A stretch of 63,779 nucleotides of DNA, filler included. It is 10 parts of 10 records of this genome, joined end to end, with 100 filler letters (N's around TTAATTAATTAA, not from the genome) between each part and the next. Parts side by side here need not be neighbours in the genome. Positions count along the whole stretch, not along the records: positions 10,028 to 14,085 come from SRR7504441_8812; positions 14,186 to 21,412 come from SRR7504441_8814; positions 21,513 to 26,180 come from SRR7504441_8815; 7 more parts are not named here. One strand, given 5' to 3'. A model generated the notes under the pieces. That model saw nothing but the letters and a program-made list of their open reading frames with translations, was not told where the DNA came from and did no database searches. The position numbers were made by a program, and so were the translations under genes. Below are positions 10,554 through 22,674 of this stretch, one piece after another. The first letter of the stretch is position 1. The number at the start of each line of letters is the position of its first letter.

Positions 10554-13408
10554 CTAGAGGTCTATTGTCACGCTTGTGGTGGGATTGGCGCCGTGCTGTT
10601 CAACTGATGGCCCCGGCTGCGCGGCCCTGTCTGGCTCCGGCATGGTGACGTAGCTGGGCCAGCTGCGCTCTGGCCGGGGCTCTCTGCCGTGCCCCTCCTC
10701 CTGTTGGTCCTTGCGCATTCGCTCGAGCAGTTCCTGTCGGAACACCATTGGCATGTCATCAATCTGGCCGGCCAGCCGCTCTGCGTCATCCAGGGCCACC
10801 GCCAGGTCCGAGTACAGCTCGTCAAGCTCAACTGTGTCCAGGTGGCCCTCGTTGTCTGTGTCGTATCTGGCAAAAATCATCTTTGTCTTGAGCATGCCCA
10901 GCACGGCGAACGCGGCCCTGTGCTGCTTGATCCAGCTGTCCACCGCGTCGGCTGGGGCCGGGTCGTAGGTGTCGATCCGGTCGGAGAGCAGGTGACTCAC
11001 ACAGTCGACCTCTCGCCGGGCGTTGAATCGCTTGACCGCTGTGAGCGCCTGCAGTCGACGGTCTAGCGCGCGGCCAAACGGGAAGGTCTCGAGCTTGGCG
11101 GTGAGCGTCTGGTCCGAGGCCACTTGCTGGTAGAAGGCAAAGATCACGATTGAGATGAACATTGAGAGCAGTAGGAAGATGAACACCATAAGGAACATCA
11201 CCAGCCAGAACCCACCCAAAGTGGGGAACTTGCGGAGTAGCTCGAAATACACATCCTGGAAGCCGTAGATGATCAGCAGAGCGGTCTCAATCGACTTGTT
11301 GCTGGTCCTGAACGAGGCCACTTGCCCCCCAAACAGCAGCCAGCCGAGCGTGGTGAACCCGAACAAGATGATGAAGAACAAGATCCAGAAAGCCAGCACG
11401 TCTGCTAGCGCTGAGACCACCACCTTGCCAAATCGGTCGATTGCCTCGAGCCTGTTCAGGTATTTAAACAGCTGGAGCCAGATGATGAACAAGTTGAACG
11501 CCGTGAAGATGCACTCCACCTGGTACAGCGCCGGCACCTGCACCCGGCTGAGCGCTGCTGCTGGTGGCTCGCCTGGCGCATGTTCTGGTAGGGCTCGTTC
11601 AACTCGACAGAGTATTGGCCAGCCTCTAACAGGTAGATGATCCGGATGACGAACGAGATAAGGATGGCCACGAAGTTAAGCCAGGTGACCACCGCCCAAA
11701 TGTTGAGCATGTAGGTCCAGAACCTACCGAGCTGGACGGCGCCCTTGACCCTTGTGAACTCTACGTACACCAGCCCGGCCATCCCAAACAGGAAGAACAC
11801 CTCCAGGCAGAGCACCACGAAGTCGATCCCCAGATGGTACCGCAAAAGTCTGAACGGCTCCACCGCGTAGGAGCAGTAGATGCCGCCCGAGGCCTCGAGC
11901 TCGACAGCGAGCAGCACTGTGGTCACATAGTCCAGGTTCGGGTTGTAAGTGTTCATCTCCACGATCACAGCCCTGGTCTGCACGTCAATCCACTGGCTGC
12001 CCAGCCGACTCAGCCTCGGCCACAGCTGCCGCCCACCCGGCCTGAAGCTGGTCCAGGCTAGCTGCGGCCGCCACCGGGTCGCTTGGGACCGGCCACACGA
12101 ACCCCGACGGCGAGTATTCCAGGCCAGTGTGCGGCGAGCTGTAGGCCGGCCCGACCCCTGGCTCAAACACAAAGCTCTCTCCCCGAGCCCCAAAGCTGGA
12201 CAAGTCCCCGTCGCCCTCCATCTTGGGGAAGCAGACTGACAGGCCCGGGTTGATCTCGGTGAGCTTTGGACACGAGTCGGTTGGGGCCCGCAGCTGGCAG
12301 AACGACTCAGCGCCGCTACAGCTAGGCAGCAACCTGCCGGAGGCGCATCTGGCCGCCTAGGATTATGTTGGATCGGCCTATCACGGTGCCGGGGACCCGG
12401 GTGACGGATTGAACAAACCCTCTCAGCCACTGCCAAATCTCAAATTCTGTCTGGATGCCACCCAGGAAGAGGATTTGACCGTGAGGCGTGTCAACTGCAT
12501 CCTTGATTGCTTTGGCAGTGTAAAAAACGTCGCCGCTGAATGCGCGCTGGGCAATGAACACCTGATGGTCGACTCAAACTTGCATGCGGTGGCTGCACCG
12601 AGAGTGTGTATCCTATCAGCGCTGTGAAGTAGGCTCCTATCTCGAACCAAAGCATCCTGCGCTTGTGAGCCATCTCAAGATCAGTCAGCTCAAACTCAAA
12701 ATATTCCCCCACCACCTGTCCCCACTCGCCTTTGTCCGCACCCGGCCCACCTCCTCGTCCAGGACCATTTCGCTCGCCGCTCTGGACCGTTGGCTCTTTG
12801 GTGTGCTCTGGTCGCTCTTGACTGAGCCCGGAGTAACTGGCTCTGGGGTTGGGCTCCGAGTCTGGCCGGGCTGCCGCTCCGAGTTGAACACGATCCGCTC
12901 CAACATCGCCTCGTCCAGCTCGTCCAGGATCTCGAGCGGCCGCCGTCCGTCCTCGGCCAGCGCGCACAGGGTCTGGGCGTATCGCTCCTCTAGCAACTGC
13001 ATCTGCTGGCGCGTGTGAGCCAGCTCAGCCATCTGGCTCCGCATCAGCTTCATCCGGGCATTCACCTGGTCCGACTCGGCCGCTGGCCAGCGAGCGAGGC
13101 ACGTCTATCTTGTCGCGCTCGGCCACAATGTTGTTGGTGAGCGCTCGGTAAGCTCGACTAGTAACAAACGCCCATTTGCTCTTGAGTTCCTGCCACTCGG
13201 CTTGAGCCAGGCCTAGTGCGGTCCACCTGGCCGTTCCTAAGCTTGTATGTGAGCAGCTCCTCCATCGCAAGTAGCGAGTCCGGCAGCCGCTCGCTCTCCT
13301 CGATCGCCTGCTTTATGGTTTAGGGCCGCTCGCTCGGTCGGCCGCCTGCTCACTCTGAGGCCCCCGGAGACCCTCCCGCGGCAACTTGCCCCCCGGTCGC
13401 AGACTCAT
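10554..13408 (-). CDS. Polycystin-2 (PKD2/TRPP)-like cation channel with C-terminal EF-hand
   Basis: Eight 35-40 nt introns (two GC-AG) reconstruct MRLRQLR, QWIDVQTRAVIVEMNTYNPN, TM segments, LLLSMFISIV and EF-hand YDTDNEGHLDTVEL. Confidence 0.88.
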
Positions 13409-13566
13409 TTTGATCTCCTGCGCTGGCTGGGCCCCGCGGCTCGGGCCGGGCGCACATTATACTGGGGACAGGCCCCTATGTGGTCGAGCATCCATCCGTC
13501 CTCGAGCAGTACCCCGTGGAACCTAAGCTCCAGGTGCCCCCGCTGCGCCCCGGGATGGTCTGCTAC

Positions 13567-14085
13567 TCAGATTAGGGCCGCTGCCTGTATCCCAGTGCGG
13601 CCCTCGAGCTCCTGCTTGAGCCGAGCCACGTCCCAGTCTGCTCGGCTCGGGCCGAGCGCCACCGCATAGCTCAGCGAGCTGGTCTGACCGCGCTCGAACC
13701 AGGCCGGGTCATCCTTGGGCACCTGGCCCCAATCTACCTCCCCCTGACAGACTGGCTCGCCTCGATCACGCAGACCAGCTGGGCGGACCACTGCATGGTC
13801 ATCTCCTTGGCTGGGGGCACAATCCCCACCGGCTCCTCAAACTCCTGGAGCTCCAACCCGGCCCCGCCCTCCGCGGCCCTCGTAGCCGCCTGTGCCCAAT
13901 TCGGGCTTCTGGGGCGTCGGGCCCACCTGGTGCCGCCGCTGCCGGAACTGCCTCTTCCGTCGGTGCTGTGCTTCCATCGCATAAAACCCAACCCCCAGCC
14001 AACGGCTTTAATAATACGGTCTGGTATACCGGTATTGACCGGTACTTGTAAATACGTAGGCATAAACACAAAAAAGCTCGATAAC
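13567..14085 (-). CDS. Hypothetical protein, C-terminal fragment
   Basis: Two frame-shifted ORF pieces separated by intron-like GC-rich segments; no family recognised. Confidence 0.4.
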
Positions 14086-14185
14086 NNNNNNNNNNNNNNN
14101 NNNNNNNNNNNNNNNNNNNNNNNNNNNNNTTAATTAATTAANNNNNNNNNNNNNNNNNNNNNNNNNNNNNNNNNNNNNNNNNNNN

Positions 14186-14986
14186 TCAACAATCTCGGAA
14201 GGAGACAGTATCCGGCGAGCCCTTGCAGAAGAAGCTGAGCATCCACCTGACAGCCCCGGCGCACTGGTCCTCCACGCCTTTACGGAACGCTTGGCTCAAC
14301 GGCATCATTATTGTCATAAAGTAAATGTCACGACTCAGCATGTAACCCACTCTGCTCAGTTGCAACCCCGACGAGCCCTCAGTGCTGTTCATTTTATAGT
14401 AGAGCCCGGTCTCTGAGCTGTACGCTGCCCCAGTCCCGAGGTAACCGAACAGCGCGGCCAGGTAGCTCTCGGTGTTCTTAGGGACAGGCCAGCCATTGAG
14501 CTGCGCTACTCCACTGAACGGCCGAGGGTAGATGAACGCGGCGTGGCTGTCAGTCCGGGAGGGGGGCGGCCACATCGGGTGCAGTTGGCCCGCCCGCTCC
14601 CGCACAAGGTAAAGGTCCAGGTGCAACCTCGAGTACACAGGCTCCGCAAACACCGCACCCGGCTCGGTGATGATCGTGACGTGGTCTGTTGGCCCGAACC
14701 CAGCGGCCAGCGCGGCCGCGACGTCGGTCTCATTCATTTGGTCCGGGACGATCACCCCGAGGTCGCAGTCTTCTTCGTCCCACAAGAACCCGGCCTGGCG
14801 CCACTGACCGAGCAGCGAGCTCCAGTCCAGGAAGGCGGTGAGCTGCCGTTGGTGCAGGGCAGCGATCCCGGTCCGGAGGAGCCAGTCTAGCTGCTGGTCC
14901 CGCACCTGCCGCGCCACCAGTCCCCCGCACCGCACCGCCACCACCGCCGCCAGGCCCCAGAACACCGCCGACCGGAGCCACCCCAT
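14186..14986 (-). CDS. LicD/fukutin-family nucleotidyltransferase-like type II membrane protein
   Basis: N-terminal TM, then FLDWSSLLGQWR..FLWDEEDCDLG (compare GTLLG..R..PWDxDxD) and YLAALFG. Confidence 0.72.
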   Translation of the reverse strand: MGWLRSAVFWGLAAVVAVRCGGLVARQVRDQQLDWLLRTGIAALHQRQLTAFLDWSSLLGQWRQAGFLWDEEDCDLGVIVPDQMNETDVAAALAAGFGPTDHVTIITEPGAVFAEPVYSRLHLDLYLVRERAGQLHPMWPPPSRTDSHAAFIYPRPFSGVAQLNGWPVPKNTESYLAALFGYLGTGAAYSSETGLYYKMNSTEGSSGLQLSRVGYMLSRDIYFMTIMMPLSQAFRKGVEDQCAGAVRWMLSFFCKGSPDTVSFRDC

Positions 14987-15178
14987 CTCAGATCTAACGG
15001 CATGCCCAGCTCAAGATCGGCACGGCCGGCACGGCATTGTACTCACGAGTACGAAAATAGTAACTAATATTACATGCATTTACGCCATCATATGTTAACA
15101 CAACAAACCAGCTTGCGCAACATCACATGTCCCTTTGTATACGTATAGTATATACGTGAACAATAGCTAGCGTTGCAA

Positions 15179-16500
15179 TCAATAGGGGTTGAGCCTGGCC
15201 AGGAAACGCATCGGCACATGATCCGACAACAACAAATCGGGGCAGTCGTCGTGCTCAATAATCTCGAACTGGCCCTGGGTTCGCTTCTCCCAGCCGAATT
15301 TGTCCAGCCAGCCTAGCTGCATGGTCTCCTCGTCGGGCCTCACAGACCGCTGGTTGGCCATCTCGCCCGGCGTCACTTGATTACAAAAGTAGCATCGCCA
15401 GATCTCGTCCACAAACTGCTTGGACGGCGACCCCCCAAACGGCTGGCAGTACCTAGTCTTGCGGGCGAGCAGCGAGCCCGGGGTGGTTTTATATGAAGGC
15501 CACAGCATCTCGTGAGTTTGCTTGGCTCCTTTCGCGTACCGGAACGGCTCGCAAAACTCAAAATGGTCCATAAACAGCTCCGGGACCACCGCCGGCAGGT
15601 TCTCGAGCGCGTGCAGCTGCCGCGGGTCCTCGGCCATTTCGTGGGCGATCATTTGCGTTGCCTGCACAGTAAAGCTTTATGGGTGAGCCGCGATTGCGGA
15701 GGCGTCACCTTCACGCTGAGCTCACCCTCGCGGACATGCTCGGGGCTGCCCGGCACCAGCGACCCAGCCGAGCGCTGGCTGCCCGGGCTGAACCCTAGCC
15801 GGTGCACGCCCAGTCTGCAGTTGAGATCTCCGAACATGAAGCACCGGTGAGGACTCCGCCGGCGCCTGTCCGTACCGGTCCGCCGGAGCTGCTGCAGCCT
15901 GCGGGACATCTTGTGGTGCGCAATCTCGTCGACCAGTGCGGCGGCGGTCCGGCGACGCATCGGCTGTTTGGTTTCCATGTTGATACCGGCCAGCGTGAGC
16001 GCCCCGACTCCCTGCAGCTCGAAGGTAGCTACCAGCCCGCATTTGCACGACCGGGGCTTGTCAACGGACTGCACCCGGGTGCATCGGACTAGTCGGGCTG
16101 GCTGGCGGGCCATCACGGTGAAGTAGGAACACATGGGGACGGACGGGTCCTTGGTCCACACCCCGAGCGCTGTGTAGTGGCAGACCGGCCGCAGCCCCGG
16201 CAGCAGGTCCAAGACCAGTGCGGCCAGCGCCTCTCGGGGCGGGGCCAGCACGCACCCCGACTCGGCCGGTTCGGCCGGTCGTGGTGCCTCCATCTGCAGG
16301 ATGGCCACAATGTCGGCCGTCCGGCCTGACTCGCCCAGGAAGCTACCCGCCTGGGCCCGGGAGGGGGCCGTGTGCCCGGTCTTCCACTGGCCGAGCCAGA
16401 GGCTGGCCCCGGCCCCCGTGTCCGGCTGCCGGTGCAGCGAGCTCACCACCAGCGCCGCAAGGTGGGCCGGGGGCAGCGCCGGCTGACTCTTTTGTGACAT
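15179..16500 (-). CDS. Divergent inositol polyphosphate 5-phosphatase-like (EEP fold) protein
   Basis: FMFGDLNCRL, WPSYK, GWLDKF and SDHVPM match the ordered 5-phosphatase motifs GDLNYR/PTYK/PSWCDR/SDHxPV. Confidence 0.65.
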
Positions 16501-16517
16501 CTCAATCGGCCGGTCGT

Positions 16518-16524
16518 TCCGTTG
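16518..16524. promoter_or_regulatory. YAACGG promoter element (representative; also 1854, 4297, 14995, 18829, 25882, 31698, 35507, 38027, 39337, 50307, 54729, 56581, 59657, 59722)
   Basis: TCCGTTG lies in the 39 bp between ATG 16500(-) and ATG 16540(+); the same 6-7-mer recurs just upstream of most start codons. Confidence 0.65.
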
Positions 16525-16539
16525 CAACTGAACCGGTCA

Positions 16540-17230
16540 ATGTCAACGCTGAGCGTTCTCTCCCTGCTCGCGCTGCTCGGGCAAGCCAGCGCCGCGCCAT
16601 GCTGCGCCAGCTGCCCGGCTGGCCGGGCGCAGTACTGGGCGCTGGACACGCCCAACAACGAGTGCGCCGAGACTTGCCTCAATCCGAGCTCCAAGATCGA
16701 ACTGGCTGAGTTCTGGGTGCTCACTGGCGGCAAGGGCCAACCGAGCGGCCAGAGCAGCCAGCCGTGCAAAGACAACGGCTTCCGCAGCTACAACAGGACC
16801 GACGCTCTCCCTGGGCTCAAGCTGGATAAGTACTCGCCTGATGCAGAGGGCGCCCCGCGGTGCTGGCAGGGCAGCGCCGTGGTGGTCGATGTGCCCGGCC
16901 CGGCTGGGTTCGGCTGACGCGGGGCAGATGAGCGACGGGGACTACAAGCAGGTGACGGTCCGCGGCCGGCGGGTCCAGATCTCGCCTCACGGCAACAACC
17001 AGACCTGGTCTGTCCGGACAGAGCTTGACGACAGCTGCTCGGCCGTAGTGGACTTTAACGTGCCCGGCAAGCCGAACCCGCCGCCGTGCAACCTGAGCAT
17101 CGCGCTCTGGGAGATGCGGCGCGGGGGGGTGAGCAAGCTTGCCGTTGAGTTTACTGACAAGACTGGCAAGTTGGATCCGAACCCGCTTGAGCCTATCAAT
17201 GAGGTGAAAGAGCCCCGGGGGCCGGGCTGA
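16540..17230 (+). CDS. Small secreted Cys-rich protein, unknown function
   Basis: Signal peptide MSTLSVLSLLALLGQASA; a 37-nt GT-AG intron at 16891-16927 joins the two ORFs. Confidence 0.7.
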
Positions 17231-17510
17231 GCGGTCCGGGCAGTGGATCATGCTGACCAAGTAGGCGAGTTCCGTAGCACGCCGATTGCTTGTGCGCAAG
17301 CTAAGAGTGGGGCTTGGCAATCAGCGCCAAACTTAAGTTCGCATCCCGCATATCGCATCTACAACCCGCACACTAGCGCCATTCCTTTAAAGGTATAGCA
17401 ATAATGTTCAGACAAATAAAAACACCTCGCTATGCTCAACTCAGCACTGGCCGAGCGGCTCTAGTCCCGCAAGCCTTAATTTAGGAGCTGCACTGCTCGT
17501 AGTCCAATGC

Positions 17511-18746
17511 TCACTCGGGCTTGCATCGGAGCATCCAGATCGAAGTGTCGCGCTGGATGGTCACCTTGCACGGCTCCTCCATCAGCCAGGCCTCCCCGTC
17601 CACCTGCATGTGCACCGGCTCCGAAACATCGAGCTCAACTGCCTCGGGCTGAGCCAGTCTATCGAACCCAACACAGCACTCGGACACTCTGGCCATCCCG
17701 AGGTCGCCAGCCTTGCTCACTCCGACCATCTCGAGCTTGCCGTCGTTGGCGTCGTGCTCGCCGGGCATCTCAGCAGTCTTGCCTGAAGGCATAGTCCAGA
17801 GGTCGAGCCCTGCACCGTAGCTCGAGATGTTGCAGCAGACCACCGACGCGGCGTCGATCTCACCCGTGATGTCCTTGCCGTCCGCCTTGACAGTAGCCAC
17901 CTCCTCCACTTTGGTGCAGCAGCTGTAACAGGCCACGGAGCACTTGGCGCCGTGGTACCCGTACCAGCACTTGTTAATGCAGGGGCAGCAGAAGCAGCTT
18001 GGGCAGCACCCGCGGCAGGCCTCGAAGTCGGTCGCAATCTTGCCGTCCACGCCGATGCTGAAGTAGTTGACGAACGTGGTGCTGTTCTTCTTACCGAACG
18101 CGGTGGTGTCCTTTGGCGGAGGGTCGATTGTGAGCTTCCAACGGTCCATCTCGAACAGCTCGGCCTCGCCGCACTGCTTGAGGAAGACGTCGTGATCGAG
18201 TTCGCCAGCCGACCCCAGCCCGGTGCCCCAGCGCAGGAAGCGGGACATGTCGTTGCCGGTCCCGAGCGCCTGGACCGCCACCACCGGCCCCCACACGTTG
18301 CCCTTGCTGGCCAGCCGCTCCATCATCGCCGGGTGCCGGCTGAGCGCGTTGATGATCCAGACCACCGTCCCGTCGCCCCCCGCGGCCACCACCCGAAGCG
18401 GCCGCTGCACTTTGGCGAACAGGTCCAGGATGAACCAGTTGAAATAGAGGCCCTCCCGCTCCTCGAACTTGCCCTCCTGCTCCGGGGCGCTCTTGTCTCC
18501 AAACACCGAGAAGATGGCCCCGTCCCGCTTGGCCGGGTCCACCGCCTCGTACTCGCGCCGCAGGTTGGACATGATCCCAGCGCCGCTCTGGCCGCCGGCC
18601 GACGGGTTGACCAGCCAGAGGAAGAAAGGCTTGTCTGAGGGCTCCGGCAGGGTGGCAAAGGCCGCTGTCAGCTGGACTTCTTTGGGGTCAGCAGAGGGCG
18701 TCTCAGAGGGCGTCTCGGAGCTCTTCGCGCCAGCGTCCAAGTCCAT
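17511..18746 (-). CDS. Diacylglycerol kinase (catalytic + accessory domains)
   Basis: VNPSAGG, AAGGDGTVVW, LGTGNDMSRFLRWG, NYFSIGVDG and MQVDGEAW. Confidence 0.92.
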   Translation of the reverse strand: MDLDAGAKSSETPSETPSADPKEVQLTAAFATLPEPSDKPFFLWLVNPSAGGQSGAGIMSNLRREYEAVDPAKRDGAIFSVFGDKSAPEQEGKFEEREGLYFNWFILDLFAKVQRPLRVVAAGGDGTVVWIINALSRHPAMMERLASKGNVWGPVVAVQALGTGNDMSRFLRWGTGLGSAGELDHDVFLKQCGEAELFEMDRWKLTIDPPPKDTTAFGKKNSTTFVNYFSIGVDGKIATDFEACRGCCPSCFCCPCINKCWYGYHGAKCSVACYSCCTKVEEVATVKADGKDITGEIDAASVVCCNISSYGAGLDLWTMPSGKTAEMPGEHDANDGKLEMVGVSKAGDLGMARVSECCVGFDRLAQPEAVELDVSEPVHMQVDGEAWLMEEPCKVTIQRDTSIWMLRCKPE

Positions 18747-18850
18747 CGCAGCCACCGGTGAGTAGTCCACGGGGAAACGGGTACCCGCAGGCCTAACTGG
18801 CGTTCCTGCTGGCGTTGGTGGCCGTTTTTCCGTTGCACACAAACTTCAGT

Positions 18851-19791
18851 ATGGCAGCCAGTCCTTCAGGGATGCGCTCACCGCCGGGCAACACGGTGCA
18901 GCCCGGGGGCGGCTGGGCGGTTGACTGGTTGGGCCGGGCGCAGGTCGAGCGGTTCAACCGGCTCCAGAAAGTGACCCAGGATATGGCCGGGGCGCACCAT
19001 GACATGGACTTCATGACCAAGGTCCGCCCAGCACCGTCGCCCGCTCAGCCCAGCCGGCCAGCAACGGAAGGAGAGCCTGGAGAGTCGGTTCTCGCTGCTG
19101 GAGGAAGCCCTGCGCAAGCTGGAGGCCCAGATGGTCGAACAAGTCCAGGTGTCGACAGAGCCTGCCACACCTGACTGGCCCCAGGAACGGACTACAGCCG
19201 AGCAGCGGCTCCGGCAAGACGTCGAGGAGCGGATCAGCGGGGTCGAAGCCCGGTGCGCTGGGCGGGCGGGCCGAGCGAGCGGGGTGCCAGGATGGAGTCG
19301 GAGCTGGGGCGGCAGGCTGGCGAGACCTCCAGCCAAATTGAGGTCATCAGGGAGACAGTGGCCAAGATCACGGGCGGAGCCGACTCCGACAAGGCAGGCG
19401 GGCCGGGCCGGGCGGGCCGAGCCGGGCCGGGCAGGAGGAAGTGCAAGCGGCGCTGCAGAAGGTGCGGCGGGATATCGAAGTGACATGCGAGACTCTGCTA
19501 GAGGAGCAAATGAAGCTGCGAGGCAAGGTGCGATCGACAGACCGCCGGGGGCCGGGCGGACGGCCGGCAGGTGAACGAGGAGTTCCAGGCAGTGCACGAG
19601 CGCTTAACAGAGGAGCAACAGGTGCTGGCTTGGTTAGTCGATAGCTGACGGGAGGCCAGTTGCGGGAAGCTTCAGAGGAGCGGATTGTAGAGTCTCTCGA
19701 AGGCGTTAGCACTTACTTCACCAAGGTGACTTGATCGGCCGCTCGGGCTGATTCTGATTGCTGCGCACAGGGTGTCGAGCTGATCCGCTGA
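18851..19791 (+). CDS. SF-assemblin/beta-giardin-like coiled-coil protein (flagellar root fibre)
   Basis: Eight 36-48 nt introns give a continuous protein with a Ser/Pro head, a long coiled coil and C-terminus LREASEERIVESLEGVSTYFTKGVELIR, resembling SF-assemblin ends. Confidence 0.55.
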
Positions 19792-19996
19792 TTGCTGCCA
19801 CCCGTCGTGTTTTCAGTTTAGATTTTTATTATTATTGGTAGTGTAACGAGCCCCGGCGTGTACAGCACCGGGTGACTCATTGCTCTGCAATTTTGATCGT
19901 CTGACCTAAAAGGAGACTCAAGATTCCACTTGTTGTATACAGGGGTTATGTGGCCTAGGTCACACGTTGGGGGTTCATTAATTGAAGCAAAATAAA

Positions 19997-21136
19997 ATGT
20001 CGCGGAATGAAGCCTGGGTGCCGTTCATGGATCTCGACCAGTGGGCCCCGGCAATGGCCTACGAGCTGGTGCGGCTGCTCCTGCTGTGCGCCGCCAAGCG
20101 AGCCTTGCTGCTCCGCAGCGCAGCCCCTCTCCCGCGCCGGCTACTCCGGCTGGCTGAACTGGCCAAGAGGAGCGGGCCAACCGGGCCGCTGCTGATGATC
20201 TTGCAGCGGGTCCACCGGCACTGGCAAAGGGCGGGGCTGCAACCGGGCCAAAGGGCCGACTTGGGCCCCCGGCTGCAACTGTTGCTCCGCGTCCGGCCGG
20301 GCCTGCCCCGGGACGAGCACGAGCTGCAGTTCACAGTCCAGCCGTCCGGCCAGCAGCAGCTGGTGACTGCGGCGCCCACCTCCGCAGTGTCGGCGCCGTG
20401 GCGGCTCAAGTTTGATTGCGCCTTTGTGGATGGGGAGAGCACCGAGCAAGTCTATACCGCGGCCATCCGGAGCCGGATTGCGCTGGCGCTGGGGTCTGAC
20501 GGTCGGTACACGATTGTGTGCACTGGGCCTGAAGGCAGTGGGAGGTCGTACTCGCTGTTTGGACCTGAAATGGAGACGGGGTCGGAGGGGCTGTTGCACA
20601 TGGTGGCTCGGCAAGTGTTTGGGCATTCGGGCGAGGCGCGGGTGCGGTTCATCGACGCTTTGAACGACCAATTCATGGACTGGCTTCACCCATCCGGCGG
20701 GCGGCGCAGGCAGTTTCCCGACACCAGGGCCGGTGGGAGCTCTCGGGTAGTGAACAGCCCGGAGGAGCTGGTAGGAACGGTAGTCAAAGCGCAAGAGGCG
20801 CAGCTCAAATCGCCCGGAGTGGTGGTCGACCACGAGCTGAACCATTACTTCAAATGCTCTCATGATATCATCTCGATCGACGTGGGCGCGGCCAACATCA
20901 GCCTGGTATGGCTCTCTTCCCAGGACGCCTACGACCCGGCAATCGTCTCCTGCCTCCACGCCGTCAGTAACAATTCGACACATGTGCCATGCCGAAATAC
21001 CAAAGTGACTCGAGCGCTCTTTGAAGACGCTGGCGCCAGATTCTTCACATTTTTTGCAACAGCTCACAAGAGCCCATCTCAAGAGGCCGCGAATCTGAAG
21101 GTGCTGCGTGTGTGTGACCAATTAATGCCCAAATGA
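19997..21136 (+). CDS. Degenerate kinesin motor-like protein
   Basis: FDCAF..STEQVY, CTGPEGSGRSYSLFG (altered P-loop), CSHDII and HVPCRNTKVTRAL in kinesin order. Confidence 0.65.
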   Translation: MSRNEAWVPFMDLDQWAPAMAYELVRLLLLCAAKRALLLRSAAPLPRRLLRLAELAKRSGPTGPLLMILQRVHRHWQRAGLQPGQRADLGPRLQLLLRVRPGLPRDEHELQFTVQPSGQQQLVTAAPTSAVSAPWRLKFDCAFVDGESTEQVYTAAIRSRIALALGSDGRYTIVCTGPEGSGRSYSLFGPEMETGSEGLLHMVARQVFGHSGEARVRFIDALNDQFMDWLHPSGGRRRQFPDTRAGGSSRVVNSPEELVGTVVKAQEAQLKSPGVVVDHELNHYFKCSHDIISIDVGAANISLVWLSSQDAYDPAIVSCLHAVSNNSTHVPCRNTKVTRALFEDAGARFFTFFATAHKSPSQEAANLKVLRVCDQLMPK

Positions 21137-21512
21137 GGTCATAATAAGGTCATGAACGTTACGTTACATGAACGTCAATATAGTACAAGTCATGTACGTC
21201 AATAGCTTCATCAAGTGGTAACCATTGATTAGACTCGTGTTACACCATCAGCCAACACCACAAGCCCGACGCGATTCCCGAGCATTACTGCCGCCGGCGC
21301 CGGTGAGCTCGCCCTTGAGCCACGACGTGGACCCCAGGACCCATCCTCGTCGCCGGCTATCGGTAGGACACCCGAGATCAGGCCAATAGATGCACATGGA
21401 TTCGCACGATTCNNNNNNNNNNNNNNNNNNNNNNNNNNNNNNNNNNNNNNNNNNNNTTAATTAATTAANNNNNNNNNNNNNNNNNNNNNNNNNNNNNNNN
21501 NNNNNNNNNNNN

Positions 21513-22296
21513 CTCAGGAGCAGGTGCCTCAGGAGCAGGTGCAGCGCTCTCGGTGGGCGTAGAGGCTGCCGCCAGCTTTTTGGCATCCTTCTCAGCCTTC
21601 TCATATGTTTGCTCCTTAATAACATTGGAGAACTTCTCCTCAGACTTACCGTTGCGCTCATCTGCTTGATACTGCTTTTGCCGTTGCGCAATTCTGATCT
21701 TAGTATCCTCAATTTGAGATTTTTTAGATTGCATTTCCTTCTCTTCAGCCTTGCCACGCAGCTCTCTGTCCTTGGCTTGAGTATCCAAACGCTTTTTCTC
21801 TTTTTGATCAGCCTCCATGCTAGCCTGAGAACCCACACAGTCTCAATCAACAAATTTCACTTTGGTCACCTTGCGGATCCGGGCTTTCTCCTGGCTCTCC
21901 ATTTTTGTAACTTTGTTCTTAGACTCAAGCTCCTTGCGCTCCTGAAGCTTTTTCAATCTGCACCAGCAGCTTATATATCACATACAGGCGTGCCAGCTCA
22001 CCTCCGAAGTTTTTGCCTATCGACTTCAACTTCTCCTTCCTTTTCCTTTGCAGCCTCTGCGTCACTCATTTGCGCTTCAAGGTCCTACAGTCCATAAGCT
22101 CATGCCATGCAGGTTCTAGGGCCCACACCTCCTCATTCCGCACTTTGTCATCTGCTGCACGCTTTTTGTCTTCTGCAGCCTTTGTGCAGATTTCCTTCCT
22201 TCTTGATTGATCTAGTTCAGAGTTACACTGCCGCTTGCGCTCCGCTCCGCAGTCCGGCTTCTGTGCGACAAGGCGCGAGCACGCCTTGAAGCCCAA
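21513..22296 (-). CDS. Lys/Glu-rich coiled-coil protein with EAPAP repeats, partial
   Basis: K/E-rich open frames split by short intron-like segments; runs into the gap; start not resolved. Confidence 0.5.
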
Positions 22297-22674
22297 GCGT
22301 TAAACGTCGGCCCATGCGTCGGCCGGACCCAATTCACCCAAGCAACTACGTGAGCAAAATCGAGGCCTTTTGTCCCTTGGATGCATTAAATTTTGAGTTT
22401 GATGCGCGGCAGCGGTGTAGTGCCCGAGTGCCGGGGCTCCGCCTTTGTACATCTATGGTAATCGCTCGCACCCGCTCTAGTAGCATTGTGTTCATACGTG
22501 CGTAACACGCATTATGATGACAACCGTATACTGTACCGAACGGTGCAGGTCGAGGTGTTGTGCAGCGTGTGCAGACTGCAGAGTCGCGCACGCAGCGGCC
22601 TGTCGTTGACACAGTTGGGCAACAGCACTGAGCAGGCACGCCGAGGCTGCGCGCTGCTTCTGAGAAGGCGGCAG

